Shown here: piece after piece, positions 48,819 through 57,128 of the stretch
How the letters are laid out: each line of letters opens with the position of its first letter
How positions within the stretch are numbered: position 1 is the first letter of the stretch
Assembly (NCBI GenBank): GCA_021372535.1
Contig: JAJFUH010000038.1
Location: forward strand, 12,719 to 76,718
DNA length: 64,000 bases
From: a bacterium
Lineage (GTDB): Bacteria; Latescibacterota; Latescibacteria; Latescibacterales; Latescibacteraceae
Direction: 5' to 3'
The notes under the pieces: model-generated
The model's database searches: none
Seen by the model: only the letters and a program-made list of their open reading frames with translations
Told to the model about the DNA's origin: nothing
Program-made: the position numbers and the translations under genes

Positions 48819-48847
48819 CGATTTACGATTTACGATTTCAGATTTAC
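48819..48847 (+). repeat. Heptamer tandem repeat (GATTTAC)x4: CGATTTACGATTTACGATTTCAGATTTAC
   Basis: I read it directly. It lies about 75 bp upstream of the sulfatase start codon. Confidence 0.5.
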
Positions 48848-48920
48848 AAATTCTTAAAATTCGCAATGTGAATGGTCTGTTTTCATATCAATCCTGATTC
48901 CTCATGACAGGAGAATACGC

Positions 48921-50405
48921 ATGAACAGTCATCATGGTTCGAGCCCGGGGAACACGTTCAGCCGGAGAAATTTCATGAAAGTCGCCGGAGCGGCTGCTGC
49001 TGCCTCGCCGCTTGTCGCGGGAGCACAATCCTCACGGCGGAACATCGTTTTCGTTCTCATCGACGATCTCAGGTATGATGCCATGGGATTCATGGGACAT
49101 CCTGTGCTCAGGACACCCCACATTGATCGTCTGGCAGGGAACGGCGTCCATCTCAAAAATGCTTTCGTGACTACATCCCTCTGCTCGCCGAGCAGGGCGT
49201 CGATCCTCACCGGTCTCTATGCGCACGAGCACCAGATTCTCGATAATTCAACCCGTCTGCCCGATTCGACGATCACCTTTCCGAAACTGCTCCAGAAAGC
49301 TGGCTACACGACCGGATTTACCGGGAAATGGCATATGGGCGGCGAGACCGATGAGCCCCGGCCCGGGTTCAACCGCTGGGTGTCGTTCAGGGGACAGGGA
49401 GTGTACGAAAACCCGACCTTCAACATCGACGGACAGCAGGTGAAACGCGAGGGATATGTTACCGACCTCATAACCGATTATTCGGTGGACTTCATCAAAC
49501 AGAACAGGAACCGCCCGTTTTTCCTCTACATGTCGCACAAGGCGGTGCATGCAAGCTTTGTCCCGGCGCCCCGTCACAAAGGGAAATACAACGGCGTTAC
49601 AGTCCCCAAGCCGGCTTCGTTTTACAACACCGAGGAAAACTACCGGGGGAAGCCCGACTGGGTCCGCCGTCAACGCAAGAGCTGGCACGGTGTCGACGGG
49701 ATGTACAACCATACGACCGATTTCGACCAGTTTTACCGGGATTACTGCGAGACGGTGCTCGGGGTGGACGACAGCATCGGCCGTCTCATGGAAACGCTCG
49801 AAGAGGCCGGGCTTGCGGACGACACCCTCGTCATCTTCATGGGCGACAACGGATTCCTGTTCGGCGAGCACGGGCTCATCGACAAGCGGTGCATGTACGA
49901 GCCTTCCATGCGCGTTCCCATGCTGGCGCACTGTCCCGCGCTTACCGGGAAAAATTCAACCCGCACCGAGATGGTGCTCAATATCGATATTGGGCCGACA
50001 ATCCTCGATGCCGCGGGGATTCAGATACCCCAGTCCATGCACGGACGGTCTTTTCTGCCGCTCATCCATGGCGAAAAACCGCAATGGCGCACCGAATTCC
50101 TCTACGAATACTTCTGGGAGCGCGCGTATGCCCAGACACCGACCGTGCTCGGCCTCAGAACGGACAGGTACGCGTACATGCGCCATCAGGGAGTCTGGGA
50201 TGTGTATGAGCTGTACGATGTCGAGAAAGACCCCGACGAGATGGTCAATCTCCTCGGCCATGTTCGCGAAACTTCCGAGCCCAACGACGTGCTCACCCTG
50301 CTCAAAGAGCCGGAGCTCAGGAATCTCGTGAACGACCTCGAAAAGAGAATGTTCGGTATCATCAGGGAAACAGGAGGCCGTATCGATCCGACATGGAAGG
50401 GGTAA
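48921..50405 (+). CDS. TAT-exported formylglycine-dependent sulfatase (arylsulfatase family)
   Basis: The twin-arginine signal is RRNFMKVAGAAAAASPLVAGAQS. The sulfatase signature is SLCSPSRASILTGLY (C-x-P-x-R). Confidence 0.85.
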   Translation: MNSHHGSSPGNTFSRRNFMKVAGAAAAASPLVAGAQSSRRNIVFVLIDDLRYDAMGFMGHPVLRTPHIDRLAGNGVHLKNAFVTTSLCSPSRASILTGLYAHEHQILDNSTRLPDSTITFPKLLQKAGYTTGFTGKWHMGGETDEPRPGFNRWVSFRGQGVYENPTFNIDGQQVKREGYVTDLITDYSVDFIKQNRNRPFFLYMSHKAVHASFVPAPRHKGKYNGVTVPKPASFYNTEENYRGKPDWVRRQRKSWHGVDGMYNHTTDFDQFYRDYCETVLGVDDSIGRLMETLEEAGLADDTLVIFMGDNGFLFGEHGLIDKRCMYEPSMRVPMLAHCPALTGKNSTRTEMVLNIDIGPTILDAAGIQIPQSMHGRSFLPLIHGEKPQWRTEFLYEYFWERAYAQTPTVLGLRTDRYAYMRHQGVWDVYELYDVEKDPDEMVNLLGHVRETSEPNDVLTLLKEPELRNLVNDLEKRMFGIIRETGGRIDPTWKG

Positions 50406-50478
50406 AGACAGGCATAAGGCATAAGGCACAAGGGAAAAATACATCGGCTCCCGCTGCGATTTTCGCAGGAAGCTATGC

Positions 50479-50775
50479 TCAGTCCCGTGTTTGACTTTCC
50501 TTCAATTTCTTGGAACAGTACTGAGTAATTGGTATCAGCATACCCGTAATCATGAAAAGGAGAAAAATAACCAATAAGAGAAGGAACCCTAATAATCTCT
50601 CGGGCGCAGTAAGTATGAGGGACAAGAGAATCTGGATTCCGAGAAATAATGCCCCGCCTCCTATGATACTGAATAATACCAATCCTATCTGTGCATCAAC
50701 ATAATCTGACGACAATTTGCGTGTGAGGAACTGTGGTGTTTTCATGGTGATGACTCCTTTTCGGAAAGGACTCAT
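50479..50775 (-). CDS. Small two-TM membrane protein (hypothetical)
   Basis: Two hydrophobic helices, LVLFSIIGGGALFLGIQILLSLIL and LLLLVIFLLFMITGMLI. The ORF has no conserved features I can name. Confidence 0.3.
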   Translation of the reverse strand: MSPFRKGVITMKTPQFLTRKLSSDYVDAQIGLVLFSIIGGGALFLGIQILLSLILTAPERLLGFLLLLVIFLLFMITGMLIPITQYCSKKLKESQTRD

Positions 50776-50886
50776 GGGATTGCAGGCGTTGTGGATTTCG
50801 CCGGGCCGCCGTTTCGATGACAGCCGGTAAACTGGAGCAGTGCTTTTTTCCCGGATGTAGCCTGAATTTACCGGTTAACCACAAAC

Positions 50887-51747
50887 TCACTGTTTCGAAT
50901 CGATCAGTTCGCTGAGCTTTTCCATGTTGAGCTCGCGTTTTATGATGGGGCTGGCGCTGTCCTGGTAGACAGCAAGGCTTTCCTCGAATGTTGGCTTGTC
51001 CGGGTTTTCATACAGGATGCCGAGGGGAAGCCGCCCCTTTTCGGTCGCCCGTGTGAACGCCGCATTCCGGTCGTGGAAATCGTGGGAATCATCGAGATAA
51101 TAGGTGTGTTCCCTGAACCATGCGAAGGTATTGATCTTGTTGAACGAAACGCAGGGGTGGAGAATATCGACGAGGGCGTAGCCTTTGTGGGTAATCGCCT
51201 TTTTGAGAATATCCACCGTCTTGTCCATGTCCCCGCTGAATGCCCGTGCAACGAACGAAGCATCGAGCGCCACCGCGACCGCGAGCGGATTGAACGGCTC
51301 GAGAATGACCCCGTTCACCTGAACCGGCGTGACAAACCCTCTCGGACTCGTGGGAGATGCCTGCCCCTTTGTGAGGCCGTATACCATGTTGTCGTGGACT
51401 ATATTCGTGATATCGGGATTTCTCCGGATGGTGCTCATGAAGTGGTTGCCGCCCTCGCCGTACATGTCGCCGTCGCCGCTCTCAGCGATGACCGTAAGGC
51501 CGGGATTCGACGCTTTTATCCCAGTCGCGGGAGGAAGCGCCCTGCCGTGGAGGCCGTTGAACGTGTTGCATCTCAGGTAGTGCGGCATTTTCGCCGCCTG
51601 CCCGATACCGGATACCATGACGAGGTTGCGGGGTTCGATACCGAGTTCCGTCAGGGCTTTCATAATGGCGTTCCGTATTCCGAAATTGCCGCACCCGGGG
51701 CACCATGCCATATCCCTGACGCCGCTGTCAAATATATTCGTTTCCAT
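50887..51747 (-). CDS. 2-oxoacid:ferredoxin oxidoreductase beta subunit (TPP-binding, KorB/OorB-like)
   Basis: The motif [11 protein letters not shown] and the GDG TPP-binding region ([13 protein letters not shown]) are present. I set the start at METNIF, with AAGGGGGAAA as the ribosome-binding site, because the longer track ORF overlaps the alpha subunit. Confidence 0.75.
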   Translation of the reverse strand: METNIFDSGVRDMAWCPGCGNFGIRNAIMKALTELGIEPRNLVMVSGIGQAAKMPHYLRCNTFNGLHGRALPPATGIKASNPGLTVIAESGDGDMYGEGGNHFMSTIRRNPDITNIVHDNMVYGLTKGQASPTSPRGFVTPVQVNGVILEPFNPLAVAVALDASFVARAFSGDMDKTVDILKKAITHKGYALVDILHPCVSFNKINTFAWFREHTYYLDDSHDFHDRNAAFTRATEKGRLPLGILYENPDKPTFEESLAVYQDSASPIIKRELNMEKLSELIDSKQ

Positions 51748-51760
51748 GATTTCCCCCTTT

Positions 51761-53479
51761 TTATATAACTTCAAGAAGTCTCTTTTCGAGTTCCTCGACC
51801 GAAAACGGAAGACCGTCGTACTTGAGAATCCTGGTTGTAATGTCAATGTCCGCATGCAGTTTCAGCAGGCGGCCAAACTGCGATGTCGCGTTGTTTTCCA
51901 CGATCACCCGTTTACGGGCGTGCTTGAAAAAACTGCCGGTACCGGGATGGAGCGGGTAGACCTGTTTGAAATAGAGCACCGCCATATCGTTACGACTTAA
52001 CCGCTCGACCGCCTCGCGGACAATGGGGAAGGTCGAGCCCCAGCATATGACGACCGTCGAGGCGTCTTTTTTCCCGATAAGCTCGGGCGGAACCGCTTCA
52101 TTGACAACCGCATCGAGTTTTTTGAGCCGTTTATCCATCATTCGGATTCGCATGTCGTGGTTTTCCGTGATATGGCCTTCCTCGTCATGCTCGTCGCTGT
52201 CAACCACGACAAGTCCCTTGCCCAGACCGGGAATCCCGCGGGGAGAGATACCGCTATCGGAAAAAGCGTACCGTTTGTACCCGGTGTCGGTTTCCACGAT
52301 ATGCCGGTCGATCTTTCCGTCGGATATATCGAGTTGAGGGATGTTATAGTAGGAATCGATGAAATACTGGTCGGTCAGCACAAAAACCGGAACCTGGTAT
52401 TTGTCGGCGACAGCGAATGCCTTCCGGGTGAGATGGAACGCATCCTCGAGAGTGCCGGGCGCGAATAAAACCCGGGGAAATTCGCCGTGCCCCGCATAAA
52501 GTGCGAACTCGAGGTCGCCCTGTTCCGTCCGTGTCGGGAGGCCGGTTGCCGGTCCGGGGCGCTGGGCGAGATGGATAACCATCGGCGATTCGATGATACC
52601 GGCGAGGCTCAATCCTTCCGCCATGAGGGCGAATCCGCCTCCCGATGTGGTCACCAGGCCGCGCGCTCCCGCATACCATGCGCCGAGAGTCATGTTGATC
52701 GCCGCGATCTCGTCCTCCGCCTGCTCGACGATGATGCCGAATTCCTTCGAATGCTGGGCGAGAAATGTCAGGACCGGCGTTGAGGGAGTCATCGGGTATG
52801 ACGACATGAAATTGCATCCGCCTGCAATCGCTCCCAGACCGACAGCTTCACCGCCATTGATGATGATATCGTCCTCAACACCGGCATCCCTCGTCAGCTC
52901 GATGGATACCGTCCCCGATGAGGTCAATCCATCCCCGAATTCATAACCTGCGTCAACAGCTTCGATGTTCTTTGCGACAACCTGCTCGCCTTTTTTCCCG
53001 AAACGATCCCTGAGATACTCTTCGATAGCTTTCCGGTCAATGTTGAAAAGCGCGGCGATTACACCGACGATGATAATATTCGAGTAGATGGCGCCGCCGA
53101 TTTTCTGCGAAAGCCCGGAAAGCGGAATATCGACAATTCCGGGAATGTCATCGCCGCCGGGTGCGAGTTTTTCCTTTTCGCCGATTATGATTGTGCCGGG
53201 CGAAATACGTCGCCTGACATGGTCAAGGGCTTCCCGGCTCAGGGGGAACAGGAGGTCGATGGTGTCCAGATAAGCCTGAACTTTGTGTGAGGACACCCGG
53301 AGCTCGGTTGAATTGCTGCCGCCCCGGACACGCGACATATACTCTTTCGTGGAGAAAAGATTGTACCCGGTCTGTTTGAACAGGTGAGTAAGGAGCTGCT
53401 CGACCGTCTGCACTCCCTGGCCTGCGGCGCCGCAGAGGACAATGGTAATGTCGTCTTTTTTTACCGGAAATGATATCAT
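51761..53479 (-). CDS. 2-oxoacid:ferredoxin oxidoreductase alpha subunit with a fused N-terminal gamma domain (KorA-like)
   Basis: The N-terminus [14 protein letters not shown] is a gamma-domain motif. It is followed by a pyruvate-flavodoxin/ferredoxin oxidoreductase core domain and sits adjacent to the beta subunit. Confidence 0.75.
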   Translation of the reverse strand: MISFPVKKDDITIVLCGAAGQGVQTVEQLLTHLFKQTGYNLFSTKEYMSRVRGGSNSTELRVSSHKVQAYLDTIDLLFPLSREALDHVRRRISPGTIIIGEKEKLAPGGDDIPGIVDIPLSGLSQKIGGAIYSNIIIVGVIAALFNIDRKAIEEYLRDRFGKKGEQVVAKNIEAVDAGYEFGDGLTSSGTVSIELTRDAGVEDDIIINGGEAVGLGAIAGGCNFMSSYPMTPSTPVLTFLAQHSKEFGIIVEQAEDEIAAINMTLGAWYAGARGLVTTSGGGFALMAEGLSLAGIIESPMVIHLAQRPGPATGLPTRTEQGDLEFALYAGHGEFPRVLFAPGTLEDAFHLTRKAFAVADKYQVPVFVLTDQYFIDSYYNIPQLDISDGKIDRHIVETDTGYKRYAFSDSGISPRGIPGLGKGLVVVDSDEHDEEGHITENHDMRIRMMDKRLKKLDAVVNEAVPPELIGKKDASTVVICWGSTFPIVREAVERLSRNDMAVLYFKQVYPLHPGTGSFFKHARKRVIVENNATSQFGRLLKLHADIDITTRILKYDGLPFSVEELEKRLLEVI

Positions 53480-53865
53480 AAACGACTCCTGTTGGTGATT
53501 GCACTTCGGTTATAGTATAAGATGCATGATTGTTTTCACGATCTTTTATGTTTCCGTCATCATGTACAGGAACATTAGAAATCATGAAAAAGATCATACT
53601 CGTATCGGTCATGAGTTCGGTTGCATCGCGGCATCCGTAATGATCCATATAGCTCCGTTCTCTGCCAATGGGAGAAAAGTATTCTGTCTCCGGCATTGCC
53701 TGCCAGGATAGTATAATAATAAGCGAAGTAAATGTATATATAAATAAAAAGAAGTGAAAAACGATGACAATACTGTTGAGCGGAAACGGTTATACCGGGA
53801 GATGGTTGCCTGATATTCACCGCATGGAATGCTCGTATTACCGCTTTGTCGCTCTGTCCCTTAGG

Positions 53866-54513
53866 TTAAATATACACGGGCTGTTCGACACCTTCATACC
53901 TCGGCAGCGGGACATTCCACTGGAAAAGCTCATCGCTGGGGGAATGCCCCTTGAGCTTCCGTTGCAGTCTCTTACGGGCTCTGCTTACCCGCGATTTAAT
54001 CGTACCGACCTGGAGACCGGTAATTTCTGAAATCTGTTGATAACTCATACCGTCGATATCGCGGAGAATGAGAATTTCTTTATATTTCATATTTAAGGTA
54101 TCGATGGCTTCCTGTACCTTCTCATCGAGAATTCTGAAAGCGGCTATCTGGTCAGGTTTCATATGGGGATCGGGGATATCGTATTTTACCTGATTGTCAT
54201 TATCCGCATCGATGACGAGGTATTTCCACCGTTTTCTTCGCCTGAGCTCGCTTTTGGCAAGGTTTCCCGCAATAGTGAAAAGCCATGTTGAAAAATGCGC
54301 GATAGCCCTGTACTCACCGCACTTTGTGAATACCCGTAAAAACGTCTCCTGCACAATGTCTTCCGAAGTCTGGTAATCATTGGTGAAACGGAATACGAAA
54401 TTAAGAAGGCGGTCTTTGTACCGGTTGACCAGTATATCGAAATGTTCGGCATTTCCGTCTCTGACACTGTACAGAATGTCTTTATCCGAAAACAGTGCAG
54501 TATCGTTTTTCAT
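53866..54513 (-). CDS. ECF-type RNA polymerase sigma factor (sigma-70 region 2 / region 4)
   Basis: Region 2 is DIVQETFLRVF. Region 4 has the HTH SYQQISEITGLQVGTIKSRVSRARKRL. Confidence 0.8.
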   Translation of the reverse strand: MKNDTALFSDKDILYSVRDGNAEHFDILVNRYKDRLLNFVFRFTNDYQTSEDIVQETFLRVFTKCGEYRAIAHFSTWLFTIAGNLAKSELRRRKRWKYLVIDADNDNQVKYDIPDPHMKPDQIAAFRILDEKVQEAIDTLNMKYKEILILRDIDGMSYQQISEITGLQVGTIKSRVSRARKRLQRKLKGHSPSDELFQWNVPLPRYEGVEQPVYI

Positions 54514-54603
54514 AGTACGCTCATTTTTTAATTGTTTAAAATGTGTATCTATTAGTAAAACAAGGATAATATGAAATAGTGATGCCTTATCGCTTACCGC
54601 CGG

Positions 54604-54879
54604 TTATTTCACTCTCAGCGGATAGGACGGTGTCGGGATAAGCGGGCAGTAGTATGTATAGTCGCCGCTCTTCAGTTCCACCTGCACGGACACTTTTTCT
54701 CCGGTTTTTATCATGCGAGTTATCGGTTTCTCACCTTCCCTCATCAAAACAAATCCCGCATCCTTGTTCGATTTATTTTCCACTTCAAACTGATAAGTCC
54801 CGGGATTGATGTCATAAATATCCCCGATTGTTTCAAAATATCCGGGATGCTCAATTACTCTGATCGTCCTGTTGTGCAT
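54604..54879 (-). CDS. Small hypothetical protein (91 aa) upstream of the ECF sigma gene
   Basis: The ORF has a beta-rich composition (YTYYCPLIPTPSYPL) and no recognisable family. Confidence 0.3.
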   Translation of the reverse strand: MHNRTIRVIEHPGYFETIGDIYDINPGTYQFEVENKSNKDAGFVLMREGEKPITRMIKTGEKVSVQVELKSGDYTYYCPLIPTPSYPLRVK

Positions 54880-55036
54880 GGTTTCCGCCTTACTGTATTG
54901 GACAACGTCTGCATCAGTCCCGCCGATGTTCCATGATCCTGTCTGTTACCGATAATTATCGTGATCCGCTGTTATTCGCTCCGAAATCATCAGTACTCTC
55001 TGCATGTTTTGCGGTGTGTTAACCCGCGTGCGCAGT

Positions 55037-55393
55037 TCAATCGTTCCCTATGGCATTTATAGCATTCATGAATATGTTGATTTCAAATGGTTTATGAAAA
55101 AAGGCATATGCTTTTTCCCTGATTTCTTTCATGGCCGTCGTTTCAAAGGGATATCCTGTCAGTATTATCACTTTTACCTGAGGGTCGTGCTCTTTGACAG
55201 TCCTGAACACATCGAGACCGGTCATCTCGGGCATGGAGAAATCCGATACGACGACATCGAAATTCCCCCTTTTATATGCCTCAACCGCTTCACGAGGATC
55301 AGAAAACGCCTGGTGAGGAAGCCCCAGAAGATCAAACGCGAAACTCATGATTTCAAGCGAACGGATATCATCGTCGATCACAAGAATGTTCAT
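55037..55393 (-). CDS. Single-domain CheY-like response regulator (receiver only)
   Basis: The segment MNILVIDDDIRSLEI...VVVSDFSMPEMTGLDV...KVIILTGY shows the receiver fold. I set the start at the internal Met of the track ORF. Confidence 0.7.
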   Translation of the reverse strand: MNILVIDDDIRSLEIMSFAFDLLGLPHQAFSDPREAVEAYKRGNFDVVVSDFSMPEMTGLDVFRTVKEHDPQVKVIILTGYPFETTAMKEIREKAYAFFHKPFEINIFMNAINAIGND

Positions 55394-55679
55394 TGGTAAC
55401 TCCGTCCTTTGAATCGAATAATGAAGCTTTATCCGGGATGCTTTATATTCATCATCTCCCGAACCTTTAAAGGGCCTTATGGCTGCTTGTATACTGTAAA
55501 TTCGTGCCAATGTGCCCGTATCGTAAGTACAAACCGTGCAAATAAATTATTTTCAAGATGATAGATTATATTGTGAAAAAAGTATTTGGTGGGCGATATA
55601 ATGCAGTGGCTCATTCCAGCCGGTTATAATGGGCCGATGGTTCATTTTAACCGGTGACGGGTGCGGTAATGCAGAAGAT

Positions 55680-57128
55680 TCACAGAAGTTTCCTGAGCTT
55701 TCCGCGAAGAGCGCTCCGTGTCATGCCGAGGTAGGCTGCTGCTTTTGTTTTATTCCCTTCGAACATGGCAAGCGCTTTTTTGATAATGGTGTTTTCGAGG
55801 CTCTGAAGATCGAGACAATCCGCAGGGAGGCACAGTGTATCCGGATCGAGCAGTACACTATCGAGTTCGGGTGTTTTTTCCGTATCGGAGAGGAGAAACC
55901 GGATATGGTGCGGTCTGATTTCAATATCGTCATAGAGGATTACCACCCGTTCAATGGCATTCTGAAGCTCGCGGACATTACCGGGCCAGGAATGGTTTTC
56001 GAGAATTTTTACCGTTTCCTTCGATATAAACCTGAATCTACGCTTTTTTTCGCGGGCATACTGTTCGAGGAACATCTGCGCCAGAGGGGCTATGGCCTGT
56101 TTCCGCTCACGGAGCGGTGGGATAAACATTCTGCCCATGTTGAGACGGTAATAGAGATCCCGTCTGAACGAGTTTTCCTCGACAAGCCTTGCCAGGTCAC
56201 GGTTGGTGGCGCAGATAAAGCGGACATCGAGTATGATTTTTTTGAATCCCCCGACACGGTACATTTCCCGTTCCTGGAGGCACCGTAACAGTTTGGGCTG
56301 GAGCTCGATCGGAAGATCGCCGATTTCATCGAGGAATATCGTGCCGCCCTGCGCCGATTCGAGTTTGCCCTTCATGCCCTCTTTCCGTGAACCGGTGAAT
56401 GAACCGCCCTCGTACCCGAACAGCTCGCTTTCAAAAAGAGTAGGTGAAATAGCCGAACAGTTGATTGATACGAACGGTGCGGTCTCATCTCCTTTTCCAT
56501 AATGTACCAGGCGGGCGACAACCTCTTTCCCGGTTCCGGTTTCACCCTCGATGAGCACCGGAACGGAACGGTCCCCGTGGAGTTGTTCCGCCATGGTCAC
56601 GACATGACGCATTTCATCGGAAAAAACACCGATTCTGCCTATGCCGACGATCTCTGCATATGCCTCTCTCAGGCTGCTGAGCTTTGATACGGTTTCACGG
56701 GTTGCTTCCGCAACTTTTTCTTCAAACCGGTGTGTCAGCTCATTGTACTCATGCCGTAAGGACAGATGGTCGGCTATACGGTTGACGACGGCAGCGAGCT
56801 CGTCGACATTGACCGGCTTCTGGAGATAGTCATAGGCGCCGGCACGGAGAGCTTGAATCGCCGATTTCATGTCTCCGAACCCGGTAATGATGACGATAAG
56901 GGTATTCTGAGCCTCCCGAAGAGCTTTCAGGTTACGGAGGAACTCGAGTCCATCCATCTCCGGCATACGGATATCGGTCAGAACAAGGGGAACCGGATTG
57001 TTTTTAAAGAGATCGATAGCTTCCCGCGCGTTATCACACTGTAAAACCCGGTGTCCGAGTATATCCTCAAGAAAAACGGCCAGAGAGTCTCTGACAAGGG
57101 GTTCGTCGTCAACGAGCAGAATGTTCAT
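55680..57128 (-). CDS. Sigma-54-dependent response regulator (NtrC family: REC + AAA+ sigma54-activator + Fis-type HTH)
   Basis: The receiver is MNILLVDDEPLV. The Walker A is GETGTGKEVVARLVH. It has the GAYDYL/GAFTG loop region and a C-terminal HTH. It overlaps the kinase gene by 20 nt. Confidence 0.85.
   Translation of the reverse strand: MNILLVDDEPLVRDSLAVFLEDILGHRVLQCDNAREAIDLFKNNPVPLVLTDIRMPEMDGLEFLRNLKALREAQNTLIVIITGFGDMKSAIQALRAGAYDYLQKPVNVDELAAVVNRIADHLSLRHEYNELTHRFEEKVAEATRETVSKLSSLREAYAEIVGIGRIGVFSDEMRHVVTMAEQLHGDRSVPVLIEGETGTGKEVVARLVHYGKGDETAPFVSINCSAISPTLFESELFGYEGGSFTGSRKEGMKGKLESAQGGTIFLDEIGDLPIELQPKLLRCLQEREMYRVGGFKKIILDVRFICATNRDLARLVEENSFRRDLYYRLNMGRMFIPPLRERKQAIAPLAQMFLEQYAREKKRRFRFISKETVKILENHSWPGNVRELQNAIERVVILYDDIEIRPHHIRFLLSDTEKTPELDSVLLDPDTLCLPADCLDLQSLENTIIKKALAMFEGNKTKAAAYLGMTRSALRGKLRKLL

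Noticed and set aside
48819-48847. Tandem heptamers, the GGCATAAG x2.5 run at about 50411-50430 and the GERQ-encoding 12-mer repeats, considered as a possible CRISPR array.
   Set aside because: The units are far too short (7-12 nt), contiguous without spacers and few in number. No cas genes are present. They are not CRISPR.
53480-53865. ORFs 53575-53820(-), 53499-53711(+) and 53223-53696(-) as a candidate anti-sigma factor downstream of the ECF sigma gene.
   Set aside because: They are low-complexity (FIYIYIYFAYYY) or run into korA out of frame. They have no transmembrane helix or anti-sigma motif.
55480-55520. Possible sigma-54 promoter (TGGCACG on the minus strand) upstream of the CheY-like gene.
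   Set aside because: The -24 GG element is present, but the -12 GC is not at the required spacing. The reverse complement reads TGGCACGAATTTACAG, with AC where GC should be.
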